Source of the DNA: an uncultured Holophaga sp. | GTDB taxonomy: Bacteria > Acidobacteriota > Holophagae > Holophagales > Holophagaceae | Direction of reading: 5' to 3' | DNA: 64,000 nucleotides | Assembly: GCA_963664825.1 (NCBI GenBank) | Contig: OY761614.1 | Location: 2,880,001-2,944,000, forward strand | Shown here: positions 28,074-36,866 of the stretch, piece by piece | Layout of the letters: every line of letters begins with the position of its first letter | Numbering within the stretch: the stretch's first letter is position 1 | Position numbers and translations under genes: made by a program | The notes under the pieces: generated by a model | The model's database searches: none | What the model saw: only the letters and a program-made list of their open reading frames with translations | What the model was told of the DNA's origin: nothing

Positions 28074-28122
28074 CGCGTCAGGGGGTCTCGCTGCTACCCT
28101 GGGATCACGATCTTTGAAAAGC
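28074..28122 (+). repeat. Conserved pre-cassette motif, copy 2
   Basis: CGCGTCAGGGGGTCTC-N24-TTGAAAAGC as at 24635-24683. Confidence 0.8.
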
Positions 28123-28178
28123 ACCATCCCGTCTAAGTTTGCTGCCATTTGAGCGCAGAACCGCAGCAGGGCTGCCTT

Positions 28179-28898
28179 ATGCAGGCTCGCTTCTACCTCC
28201 CCATGTGGGGCAGGTTCGCCTCACCCGACCCGGCGCGGGATCAACACTTTGAGGAAACGCAGAGCTGGAATATTTACAGCTATGTAAGAAATAACCCGGT
28301 GATGATGACGGACCCCACAGGGGAGTACGCCAAAATCACGGTGGAAGGTAAAAATATGACAGTTGTAATTCCTGTATCCTTTGGCGGTGCTGCTTCCGCT
28401 GAGCGGATTATGGCATTTACAAGGGGCATTGAATCTCTAAGTGGTAAGGTCGGCGACATGAATGTGAGTTTCAGAGTTGATACTTCAGCTGACCCAGAAG
28501 CAAATACAACAAATCAGGTCAACTTCAAAGAAGGTAAGGGCACATCAAACGTTGAGCCAAGGGGTGGAAAAATGGTCGCCACTCTATACGCTGGCACTGA
28601 ATCAAATAGCGAAAAACTTGCAGCTGTATCTGGACACGAAGGAGTGCATCTTGCTGGGGCACTGGATGCCTATAAGGTCGTTGACGGCAAAGTTGTATTA
28701 AATCGGGACTCCGGTGGGAAAGATAGGCTTGGCAATCCAGATACACGGAAAAAGACGGATGTAATGTTTGATCCAGCGAAAGGCAAGGTATCAAAGGATG
28801 ATGTAAAGCAAATGCAAAATTCTGATCTTCAAAAGCTATTCAAAAAAGAAAATCCAAATGGGCTTCCAGTCCCAAATAATGATGTTGAGAGGAAATGA
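28179..28898 (+). CDS. Orphan Rhs core tip + HExxH metallopeptidase-like toxin
   Basis: MQARFY..DPTG tip; GHEGVHLAGALDAY zincin-like motif. Confidence 0.82.
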   Translation: MQARFYLPMWGRFASPDPARDQHFEETQSWNIYSYVRNNPVMMTDPTGEYAKITVEGKNMTVVIPVSFGGAASAERIMAFTRGIESLSGKVGDMNVSFRVDTSADPEANTTNQVNFKEGKGTSNVEPRGGKMVATLYAGTESNSEKLAAVSGHEGVHLAGALDAYKVVDGKVVLNRDSGGKDRLGNPDTRKKTDVMFDPAKGKVSKDDVKQMQNSDLQKLFKKENPNGLPVPNNDVERK

Positions 28899-28899
28899 A

Positions 28900-29331
28900 A
28901 TGAAAACCATGGCGTTTCTGTTCGTTTTGATGACATCGTTGCTTGTGGCAGCTCCCACCCCACAAAGCGATAAAATAGTTGCATCTGGTCTTGAAATAGC
29001 TGTTGGTGGAGAAATGCAAATACGAGAAAGTCGCGAACAGCATGGCGAGGTATATAATTTCCAAATCCTTCTAAAAAAAGGGCGTTTGATTGGGCGGGGG
29101 TGCATCGCCTATCGGATTGATGATCCAGTCGCAAAGGGCTTCCAAACAAGAACGACCGTACATAACGGCATTGTTTGGAAATACGCAATTACTGGGAATA
29201 CCATCTCATGCGTTGGTAAGCTCTCCAACTCGCAAGAAGCTCCATCCATCTCGCTTTATGTAAAACATGCTCCATATATCCGGAATCCTGAATCAATGTT
29301 TAAGGCAATCGCTATAAAGAAGGTTGAATAG
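28900..29331 (+). CDS. Putative exported immunity protein
   Basis: Starts 1 bp after toxin stop; signal peptide MKTMAFLFVLMTSLLVA-A. Confidence 0.7.
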   Translation: MKTMAFLFVLMTSLLVAAPTPQSDKIVASGLEIAVGGEMQIRESREQHGEVYNFQILLKKGRLIGRGCIAYRIDDPVAKGFQTRTTVHNGIVWKYAITGNTISCVGKLSNSQEAPSISLYVKHAPYIRNPESMFKAIAIKKVE

Positions 29332-29358
29332 GTTGCTGAAAGGATTCGAGGACTGTTA

Positions 29359-29418
29359 TCCCTCGCCATCTCTCAATCCTACCGTTCCAACCCACGGCAA
29401 GCTAACGTTCCACCCCTC
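29359..29418 (+). repeat. Conserved post-immunity tail, copy 2
   Basis: TCCCTCGCCA...CGTTCCAACCCACGGCAAGCTAAC (23/24 identical to 26156-26179). Confidence 0.8.
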
Positions 29419-29472
29419 ACAAAGCCTAAACCTCGAATCGAGAGCCTAGAGAATGTATTGCCCTGCTTGTAA

Positions 29473-30183
29473 TCACCCGATGCCCGTGATACGGGCACCA
29501 CGGATGTTGAGGGTTGCGATAACGCCACGAACCTTCAGCTCCTCGAGGAATTGAGGGAAGGGCCGGACGTGTGGATGGGCTTGCGCGGCTGTGATGGCCT
29601 CATCGATTACGGCGCGAAACTGTTGTTTTTTGGTGGGAGCTCTGGTTCGCTCCGCAAGGGCACGCTCTTTCCCGCGGAGGCGAGTTGTGTCCAGGGCCTT
29701 CCGCTGATGAGTCCTCCCACTTCGGGTCGGGCTCGGCACGGGCTCGAGGCCGAACTGTTCCTCAATGATTCGGAGCGCGCTTTCGACCTTCCGGAAATCT
29801 CGAAGATGCTCACGGGCAATGCTCCCGTCGGCTCGAACTCGAGTAGCGACGATGTGGACGTGCTCGTGGGGGCGGTCGTGGTGCTGGACCACGGCGTAAC
29901 TGTCCCACCCCATTTCTCGAGCCACATCTGCCGCCGCCAGGAGCCAACTCTCCGCTGTGAGATGCTCACCTGGAAGCAGGGAGATAGAGAGGTGTCGGAC
30001 GGGTTTGGTGACCCGCGCCCGGAGTGCGGCGATGGTCCTAAGTTCGGCGGCCAGTTCTTCTGGGGACTCCCCTGCGAGGGTTCCCCCGAGGAGTACACCC
30101 CGAGGTTCACCGTTCTCCTTGCCTCGAAATAGGTACCGGAGGAGTGGCGCAAAATCAGTCCCCTTGATGAGCTTGCCGATCAC
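29473..30183 (-). pseudogene. MOBP-type relaxase, probably C-terminally truncated
   Basis: VIGKLIKG..F..LLRY, PVRHLSISL, HHDRPHEHVHIV..RV; ends abruptly at ITGIG. Confidence 0.8.
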
Positions 30184-30526
30184 GACGGAGCTCCTTCTGG
30201 ACGTGGAGGAGAAGAATCCGCAACGCCTGGATCTCGGTTTGGAGGCGTTCCTCACCCGGGAAGACACCGCTGTTGAGGGACCTCGCTATCTGGTTGAGGT
30301 TGCTCCCGACCCGGCCGAGCTCCTGAGCGAAGGCGCGGTCGATGTTGGGAGGCGGCACCTTTCCGAGAAGTAGGCTTCGACCGAGTGCGGAGAGGCTGAT
30401 GCCCCGAGTACGTGCAGCCGCCTGGAGCTGGATATGCTCAGTCCCTGTTAGGCGAATTGTGAGAATGACGGCGCGGCGAAGCTCTTCCGCTACGCGGTGG
30501 GGTCGAAGGGATTCGATAGTGCTCAT
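30155..30526 (-). CDS. mobC: MobC relaxosome accessory protein
   Basis: RHH-like N-terminus; ELGRVGSNLNQIARSLN motif; directly upstream of relaxase. Confidence 0.88.
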   Translation of the reverse strand: MSTIESLRPHRVAEELRRAVILTIRLTGTEHIQLQAAARTRGISLSALGRSLLLGKVPPPNIDRAFAQELGRVGSNLNQIARSLNSGVFPGEERLQTEIQALRILLLHVQKELRRDRQAHQGD

Positions 30527-30557
30527 GGATGGTTTCCTTTCCTTGCCGGAAGGCAGA

Positions 30558-30650
30558 CGGGGTTCAGGGGCATGGCCCCTGGCGAGCGGCAGACGAATAC
30601 CGAGGCGAGCGGAGCGACCCGAGGTATTCGCTCTGCCTTGCTCGCTAGTC
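30558..30650. other. Candidate oriT
   Basis: Nested inverted repeats (CAGGGGC/GCCCCTG; GCGAGC-GGCAGA-CGAATACC / GGTATTCG-TCTGCC-GCTCGC) just upstream of mobC. Confidence 0.55.
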
Positions 30651-30669
30651 GTGAACGGGTGGAGCCTGC

Positions 30670-31347
30670 CTACTGAATCGGGTTTCTGGGTTGTAACCTT
30701 CGGTCCCGACTTCCCTTCGGGAACTCGATCCACATGGACATGTGTTGTAAGCGACTGAATACAGGTGCTCCGTAGCGCAGTAATAGCGCTTCTGCATTGC
30801 AATTGGTGGTGCAGCTCGTGGGCTTGAAGTGATCGTACCGGTGGCGAATCACGCGCTCGACGAAGGCCAGACCTTTATCAGCTTCACGGCCGCCCCGCTC
30901 CTTCATTTCGGCTCCAAGGTCATCCAGAAACAGGTAGTCAACATGGAGGAAACGCTGCAGGAACCGTTCCTGGTCTGCTGCCCGCAGTGCCATGCTCTTC
31001 CATTCCGCCACGAGGTCAGGAACGCTCCGCCAAAGTAGGGGCAGCTTTGAAGATTCGATAAACTCAGGTGTGTGGGAACCGTACCGCTTTCCAAACACCA
31101 GCTTTGCAAAGGCCGCCATTGCATAGGTCTTTCCCACTCCTGTGGTGCCCACGAGAAGGACTGCATTAGGGCGGGTTTTCATAAACAAGTCCGTGAGTAA
31201 GCTCTCGATCCGTCGACGGATTTGTTCGTCCAGGTGGGATGGATTTGCATGGATCTCGGATGGCGGGATTCCTCCGCGCTCGAGAAACTCCTGGATTCGA
31301 CCTTCCCGTGAGATTTGGATTTTGGGGAACTCAAATTCCTGGTTCAT
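30670..31347 (-). CDS. DnaC/IstB-like AAA+ ATPase (helicase loader)
   Basis: GTTGVGKT, LFLDDLGAE, RY....T..TTN, FSRL. Confidence 0.85.
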   Translation of the reverse strand: MNQEFEFPKIQISREGRIQEFLERGGIPPSEIHANPSHLDEQIRRRIESLLTDLFMKTRPNAVLLVGTTGVGKTYAMAAFAKLVFGKRYGSHTPEFIESSKLPLLWRSVPDLVAEWKSMALRAADQERFLQRFLHVDYLFLDDLGAEMKERGGREADKGLAFVERVIRHRYDHFKPTSCTTNCNAEALLLRYGAPVFSRLQHMSMWIEFPKGSRDRRLQPRNPIQ

Positions 31348-31592
31348 CGCGCCCCCCTATCTCTGGTACTTGGCTTTTCACGCAGCTGATCAAGCAAGGC
31401 TTGATCAGCATCCGAAAGCCCTGAAGATTCATCCGCAGGGGCTGCTCTCACTTCTAGGTTCTGCGCCAGCAGGTTGGCGATGCTCTTTCGTTGGAAGAGC
31501 CAAGGTAGGGAAGCTCGCCATCCGTGGGGTCCATGCCCGAGATAGAACGGAATTCGAGGGATTCGGCGGATGGCCTCCTGGAGGTGATCCAT
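31344..31592 (-). pseudogene. C-terminal fragment of phage-type replication initiator
   Basis: GWRASLPWLF motif, coupled to the dnaC-like gene; no intact N-terminus. Confidence 0.45.
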
Positions 31593-31739
31593 GCCGCCGA
31601 GGCTATCTAGTCGGCCTTGCGTAACCCAAGGAACCCATATTTGACGGGGATTTACGGGAACCTATCAAGTATGCCGTACACCAGAAAGGCAGGGATGAAC
31701 GCCCGGAATCTGGTGTACGAATGAAGCCGAAACCGAAGA

Positions 31740-32146
31740 TGTACCCGCGATCTACGAAGGTGTAGGCCGGGAGCTTGCCCGTCACCCGCTCCACCTGGTC
31801 CAGTTGGCCATCCAGCGTGTGCCCGTCGTAGGGATTGCCGGGACAGGCCTGGATGCCCACCACGAAGCCTTCCCTGTGGGTCACGGCCAGGCTCACCTTG
31901 ACGCCGAACTCGTAGGGCTTGTGAGCCTTCCCCTTCGCGATGCACTCCACCTCCGGCGCCGAGAGGCTGTAGACCTTGCCTTTGGTCGTGCGCTTTTGCG
32001 TGAGGATTAGCTCCGAGAGGAGCATCGTCCCCTTGTGGGCCTGGAAGGCCGCCTCGGAGAGCTTCCGTTCCACGTCCCGCACCACGCGTCCCGCCATGGT
32101 CTTCAGGTTCTTCAGGACCTTCCTAGCGCGCTTGAACTGCTTGGCC
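31740..32146 (-). pseudogene. IS5-family transposase internal fragment
   Basis: KVYSL.APEVECIAKGKAHKPYEFGVK, GNPYDGHTL, VDRGY. Confidence 0.88.
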
Positions 32147-32186
32147 TTAGGGTGTCCACGAGACGTTTGGTGATCTTTCCGGCCAT
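32142..32186 (-). pseudogene. 15-codon stub of the island integrase (arm-binding N-terminus)
   Basis: GGAGG RBS then MAGKITKRLVDTLRP, reading inward from the right att and fused to IS5 sequence. Confidence 0.55.
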
Positions 32187-32373
32187 GGATGCCTCCATGG
32201 CCATGATAGCTCGGGTGCCTATTTGGGGAACACCACTGGGTACACCGATTGAATGCTTTTCGAGGGGTAATCCAAGCGGCCTGGTTCGGTTGTAAATATC
32301 ATAAGTATTGAAAAATAAAGATAATATGCGGTGTTATGCGACCTGGTTCGGTGTAGTTCGGTGCGATGAAAAA

Positions 32374-32422
32374 AGACTGCAAATCTGCTATTCCTCGGTT
32401 CGATTCCGAGCGGCGCCTCCAA
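32374..32422 (+). repeat. Right att site: duplicated 3' portion of tRNA-Cys
   Basis: Identical to 11300-11348; lacks the 5' acceptor strand and D arm. Confidence 0.95.
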
Positions 32423-32444
32423 AAATCAGTCGCTTCAATAAATT

Positions 32445-32469
32445 AGGCCACTCCTGAGAGTGGCCTTTT
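32445..32469 (+). terminator. Intrinsic terminator (probable original tRNA-Cys terminator)
   Basis: AGGCCACTC-CTGA-GAGTGGCCT-TTT. Confidence 0.78.
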
Positions 32470-32514
32470 GTTTGCCCGGAAGGCGGCCCTTCGAGTCGGC
32501 GTCTGTGCGGGGTT

Positions 32515-33552
32515 TCAAGTTCGAGCTGAGAGGTGGTCCAACCGTTCCCTCACATAGTCCAGCAGGTCTTCGGCCCCCAGGACCCGCTGCTCGGCGACCC
32601 AGAGGGGGATGCCCAGTTCCAGGCCCGGGGGCAGCTTCACGGCATCCTTCTCCGTGCAGACAAGCCCCTCCGCTCCCAGGGATCGGGCCTCCTGGGCCAG
32701 GGCACGCAGGCTGGCTTCGCCGATCACCTGATGATCCCGGAAGCTGCGGTAGCCCACCCAGGAGAGGCCCGCGATGATGAGGTCGGCATAGAAGGCCTCC
32801 GGGTGTCCCAGGGCGCAGAAGGCGAACAGAGGGCCTGGATGCCCCCCGGGGAGGGGCCTCTGTTCCCCCTTCGGGAAGGAACGGAGGGCGAGAATGGCGA
32901 AGTCCACCCAGAAGACGGGCCCGCCGGAGCCGAAGCGTTCCCACCAGGCGAGGATTTCCGCGCGGGGGGCCCGGCTTCCCCGGGTGACCACCAGGGCGCT
33001 GGCGCGCCGGGCGGATTCCATGGGCTCGCGCAGATCGCCCGCGGGCAGCATCTTCCCATTCCCCCAGCGCCGCACGCCATCCAGGAGCAGCAGATCGAGA
33101 TCCCGTTTGAGGGCTCTGTGCTGGAATCCATCGTCCAGCAGCAGCACCCGGGGCCGTGGTTCCTGGGAGAGGGCACGCAGGCCCGCCGCGACGCGCTTCC
33201 GCCCGACGACCACCCGGCCGGGACCCAGGCGCTGGGCCATCATAAGGGGTTCGTCTCCCGTCAGGGCCGGGTCCGAGTCGGGCCGCACATCCATGGGATC
33301 GAATTCCCGGTGACCGCCATAGCCCCGGGAGAGGATCGCGTTGCTCCAGCCCTGCTCCTGGAGCTTTTCCGCGAGGTGAAGGGTGATGGGCGTCTTCCCG
33401 GTCCCGCCGCTGGAGAGGTTCCCGATGGAAAGGACGGGCATAGGCAACCCGGTGGAGCGCTCCGGATGGAGGTCGAAGGCGCGGTTGCGAGTTCGGACCA
33501 CGGCCCCGTAGAGGGGCGACAGGGGAGCGAGAACCCAGCGGAGGAGGCGCAT
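32515..33552 (-). CDS. lpxK: Tetraacyldisaccharide 4'-kinase
   Basis: IGNLSSGGTGKTP, LSRGYG, GDEP, LDDGFQH, CTEKDAVK. Confidence 0.95.
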   Translation of the reverse strand: MRLLRWVLAPLSPLYGAVVRTRNRAFDLHPERSTGLPMPVLSIGNLSSGGTGKTPITLHLAEKLQEQGWSNAILSRGYGGHREFDPMDVRPDSDPALTGDEPLMMAQRLGPGRVVVGRKRVAAGLRALSQEPRPRVLLLDDGFQHRALKRDLDLLLLDGVRRWGNGKMLPAGDLREPMESARRASALVVTRGSRAPRAEILAWWERFGSGGPVFWVDFAILALRSFPKGEQRPLPGGHPGPLFAFCALGHPEAFYADLIIAGLSWVGYRSFRDHQVIGEASLRALAQEARSLGAEGLVCTEKDAVKLPPGLELGIPLWVAEQRVLGAEDLLDYVRERLDHLSART

Positions 33553-33677
33553 CCTCCGAGGATAGCCCGGGGGAGGGAAGCGGTGTTCCCCTTCGGCCGG
33601 GGAAAAGATGCGCCAACGCATCGTTTCCCCCCGCCCCAGAGCAGGGTATCTTAGTGCTTAGATTTGGATTCCCCCCC

Positions 33678-34397
33678 ATGACGGATTCGAGCTTTATCGA
33701 ACAGAGCAAGCTTCGCTTCAACGAGGGCGAAGTGGTGTACCACAAGGGGGAGATGGCTCAGCAGATGTACATCCTCCTCTCGGGCAAGATCCGGCTTTAT
33801 GTGGGGTTCGAACCCGTGGGCGATTGGAGCGAGGAACTCACCAAGGGGGACTTCTTCGGCGAAGGCAGCCTCCTGGAGCCCATTCCCCGTGGCAATACAG
33901 CTGTGGCCCTGGAGGATACGGAACTCATCGCGATCTCCCGGGGCACCTTCCTGCGAATGATCCGGCAGAACCCGGAAGTCTCCGTGAAGATGATGCAGCG
34001 TCTGGCCCAGCGGAACCGGGAGCTGGGGAGCCGGGTGGATGCCGAGGGGGGGCGCCGCGGCCGCTCGGCCCAGACCAATGCCTGCCTGGTGTCGGTGATC
34101 TCCGGTAAGAAGTACGCCATCACCTCCCACGGCGCCCTGGTGGGCCGCTTCGATCCCAATACGGGGATCCACCCCGATATCGATCTCACCGACGAGGACC
34201 CCCAGCTGAGCGTCAGTCGGCGCCATGCTCGGGTCCTCTGCGAACACAGCCGCTACTTCTTGGTCGAAGAACACGGCGTGGCCAATGGCACCTACATCAA
34301 GGGGGACCGCCTGGCCCCGGGTGACGCCCGGGAACTGAAGCCCGGCGATCGCGTGGGTTTCGGCATGGTGGTGCTCTTCTTCGAGAAGCCCAGCTGA
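33678..34397 (+). CDS. cNMP-binding domain + FHA domain protein
   Basis: GDFFGEGSLL...PRGNTAVA then VGR..., VSRRHA, NGTYI. Confidence 0.85.
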   Translation: MTDSSFIEQSKLRFNEGEVVYHKGEMAQQMYILLSGKIRLYVGFEPVGDWSEELTKGDFFGEGSLLEPIPRGNTAVALEDTELIAISRGTFLRMIRQNPEVSVKMMQRLAQRNRELGSRVDAEGGRRGRSAQTNACLVSVISGKKYAITSHGALVGRFDPNTGIHPDIDLTDEDPQLSVSRRHARVLCEHSRYFLVEEHGVANGTYIKGDRLAPGDARELKPGDRVGFGMVVLFFEKPS

Positions 34398-34472
34398 ACG
34401 GCAGATCCGGCCCGCTGGTGCCGGGGGCTGAAAGGCCTAAGCTGGCTCAGAGCAGATTCCAGGGGAGGTGTC

Positions 34473-34700
34473 ATGTCCACGATGCATATCGAGACTTGGC
34501 GGGATGAACATGGTGTCACCTGGGAACTGGTGCAGTTCAGCCTCGACGAGGTGGGCGGCTCCTGCATCATCCGCGAGGGCCTCTCCAGCCTGGACGTGGC
34601 CGATGGCGATGCCCGGGAAGGGGTGGAGATCATCGCCCGTTTCGGTGATCTCGAGGATGCGCGGGACTACCTCTACTCCGAGGGCTTCGAACCCATGTGA
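34473..34700 (+). CDS. Small acidic hypothetical protein
   Basis: GGAGGT RBS, GC3-biased codons. Confidence 0.65.
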   Translation: MSTMHIETWRDEHGVTWELVQFSLDEVGGSCIIREGLSSLDVADGDAREGVEIIARFGDLEDARDYLYSEGFEPM

Positions 34701-34852
34701 ACCCGGGTCCCGGCGGGCCTACGGGGTGGTCTGAGACGTTCCAGGGGGAGCCTTGGGGCTGGAACCTAGGGGCTCCTTCCGGTGAGGCGGCCCCCTACCG
34801 GAGGTCTACCCAGAACTGCGGCCTCTCCCTGTATTCACCGCAGGTCCGTGTT

Positions 34853-34878
34853 TCAATGTATTCTAAAAAAGATATCGA
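34853..34878. promoter_or_regulatory. ModE-box-like imperfect inverted repeat
   Basis: CAATGTAT-N8-AGATATCG versus CGNTATAT-N8-ATATANCG, in the AT-rich patch upstream of the operon. Confidence 0.4.
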
Positions 34879-34956
34879 CATGAGGAAGCCTTTGCCCTAA
34901 AAGCCTTCGGCGCTTTGGCCCTCACCTCTGGGGAGTCTTCGTGAGGATAGGACGCT

Positions 34957-35553
34957 ATGACTGAGTTGCCGGATGAATCCTGTCCCACGCGACGCCAAGG
35001 CTTCGGCACGGCCCAGGTGGTCTTGCTCGCCACCATGGTGGCCCTGGACTTCGCCTTTGGGTGGGTGGCCAAGCCCCTTGTGCACGCCCTGGGTCTGGGC
35101 AGCTTCCTCAAGGTGGAGATGATCCCCCCCGTGATGTTGATGCTGCTCACCCGGCTCACCCTGGACCGCTTCGGCGTGCTGATCGCCTACAACGGAGCCT
35201 GGGCCCTGGCCTGCATGGTGCTGATGCCCGGCGCCGTGCTCCCTGGGCCCCTGAAGCTGGTGCCCCTCCTGCTCCAGGGGTTCTTCCTGGACGCGGTCTT
35301 CAGCGGGTGCCGTCGGTGGGGGGGCGGGAGGGTCGTGGTCGCGGCCATCCTGGGCGGATTGGCGGGAAGCCTCTGCCTGGGAGCCCTCCGGGTCCTCCTG
35401 GGGATGCCCTGGGCCAAGTCCACCCAGGTCTACCTCGGCTTCCAGCTCCTGGGCAGCGTGGTGGTTCACGCGGTGGCGGCCTTGCTCGTGCTGGTGGTCT
35501 GGCGCCGGGTGCGGGAGCATCAGGCCTTGCAATGGATCAGGGTGGAACCTTGA
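34957..35553 (+). CDS. Putative ECF transporter S component
   Basis: 198 aa, ~6 hydrophobic helices, first gene before EcfA/EcfT. Confidence 0.7.
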   Translation: MTELPDESCPTRRQGFGTAQVVLLATMVALDFAFGWVAKPLVHALGLGSFLKVEMIPPVMLMLLTRLTLDRFGVLIAYNGAWALACMVLMPGAVLPGPLKLVPLLLQGFFLDAVFSGCRRWGGGRVVVAAILGGLAGSLCLGALRVLLGMPWAKSTQVYLGFQLLGSVVVHAVAALLVLVVWRRVREHQALQWIRVEP

Positions 35554-36866
35554 TCGAGGCCGCAGGCCTGCGGTACCAGGCTCAGGGCAGTGGCGCGAGG
35601 CTTCTGAGGGACATCGATCTCAAGGTGGCCCGGGGGGAGCGCATCGGTCTGGTGGGCCCCTCCGGCTCGGGCAAGACCACCCTGGGCTACCACCTCTGCG
35701 GCGTGCATGCCCTGGCCCTGGGGGGACGCTCCTCCGGGAGCCTCCGCCTGGACGGGCAGGAGGCCATTCGGGGCGGTCCCAGGGGCTTCGGTGGCATGGT
35801 GCTCCAGAACCCTGAAACCCAGATATTTTGCCGGAAGGTCGAGGAAGAAGTGGCCCTGGCCCTGCCTTCAGGATCGGGCGAAGCCGAACTCTCAGCGGTC
35901 CTTAGACGGACGGGCCTCCTGTCCCACCGGCGCTCGGAGGTCTCCGCCCTCTCCCTGGGATGGAAGCAGCGGCTCTCCATCGCGGGTATGTTGGCCATGG
36001 CCCCTCGCGTCCTGGTCCTGGACGAGCCCACCAATTTCTTGGATGCCGGGGCCTCCGACGCGCTCTTCCAGCTCCTGGGGGATCTAGGGGCCACGACGGT
36101 GATCGTGGCCGATCACGACGAGGGACGCCTTGTGGGTTGGGCGGATCGGATGCTCCGGGTGGAGGAGGGCGCCCTGGTCCAGGATGTGCCGACGGCGGCA
36201 TACCGCTGTTCACCCCCCCTCGCGCCCAGGACTTCCCTCGCCAGTCCCGGCGGCCTGCTCCTGGAGATGCAGGAACTGGATTTTGCCTACAGGCGCCATC
36301 ATCCGGTGCTGGAGCATTTCTCCCTAGAATTGCGCGAGGGGGAGGCCATCGCCCTCCTGGGGTCCAATGGATCGGGCAAGACCACCCTCCTGCGCCTAGC
36401 CAAGGGACTCCTCAAACCCGCCTCCGGGACCCTGCGCGCCACCTCCGGGGAGCCTCTCATGAAGGCGGTGGGCCTGGTGTTCCAGAACCCCGAGGAGGGC
36501 CTCTTCGCCTCCAGCGTGGAAGCCGAATGCGCCTTCCTGCCCGCCAATCTGGGCCTGGAGCGCCCCCGGGAGAGGGCCCGGGAGATCCTGGAACGCTTCG
36601 GCATGGGCGATATGGCGCAGCGGGCGCCCTTCACCCTGAGCTATGGGGAGAAGCGCCGGGTGAGTCTGGCCTCGGTCCTGAGCGGCGGCGCGCGCATCCT
36701 GTGTCTGGACGAACCCACGGTGGGCCTGGACCGGGGCAACCTGGAAGGCCTGGCCGCCATGCTGCGGGAGCACACGGCCCAGGGCGGGGGTGTGATATTC
36801 GCAACTCACGATCCGGCCTTTGCCGCCGCCGTGGCCACGCGCACCGTGCATCTGGGAGGCGCATGA
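35550..36866 (+). CDS. ECF transporter fused double ATPase (EcfA-A')
   Basis: Two Walker A (GPSGSGKT, GSNGSGKT), two Q-loops (QNPE), LSLGWKQR/LSYGEKRR, two LDEPT; TTG start overlapping upstream stop. Confidence 0.9.
   Translation: MIEAAGLRYQAQGSGARLLRDIDLKVARGERIGLVGPSGSGKTTLGYHLCGVHALALGGRSSGSLRLDGQEAIRGGPRGFGGMVLQNPETQIFCRKVEEEVALALPSGSGEAELSAVLRRTGLLSHRRSEVSALSLGWKQRLSIAGMLAMAPRVLVLDEPTNFLDAGASDALFQLLGDLGATTVIVADHDEGRLVGWADRMLRVEEGALVQDVPTAAYRCSPPLAPRTSLASPGGLLLEMQELDFAYRRHHPVLEHFSLELREGEAIALLGSNGSGKTTLLRLAKGLLKPASGTLRATSGEPLMKAVGLVFQNPEEGLFASSVEAECAFLPANLGLERPRERAREILERFGMGDMAQRAPFTLSYGEKRRVSLASVLSGGARILCLDEPTVGLDRGNLEGLAAMLREHTAQGGGVIFATHDPAFAAAVATRTVHLGGA

Larger units (their letters stand above)
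11300..32422. mobile_element. Degenerate genomic island integrated in tRNA-Cys
   Basis: Identical 49-bp direct repeats at 11300-11348 and 32374-32422; interior has IS, relaxase, recombinase, Rhs genes and AT-rich blocks. Confidence 0.93.

Noticed and set aside
26123..29418. Classical integron attC sites
   Set aside because: No RYYYAAC...GTTRRRY pair enclosing a long imperfect palindrome, and I see no IntI-specific insertion in the recombinase
32374..32422. Second tRNA-Cys gene
   Set aside because: Lacks the 5' acceptor strand and D arm; it is the att duplication
34879..34956. Moco or cobalamin riboswitch
   Set aside because: Some pairing potential, but the leader is short and lacks the conserved core motifs I would expect; an Rfam scan would settle it
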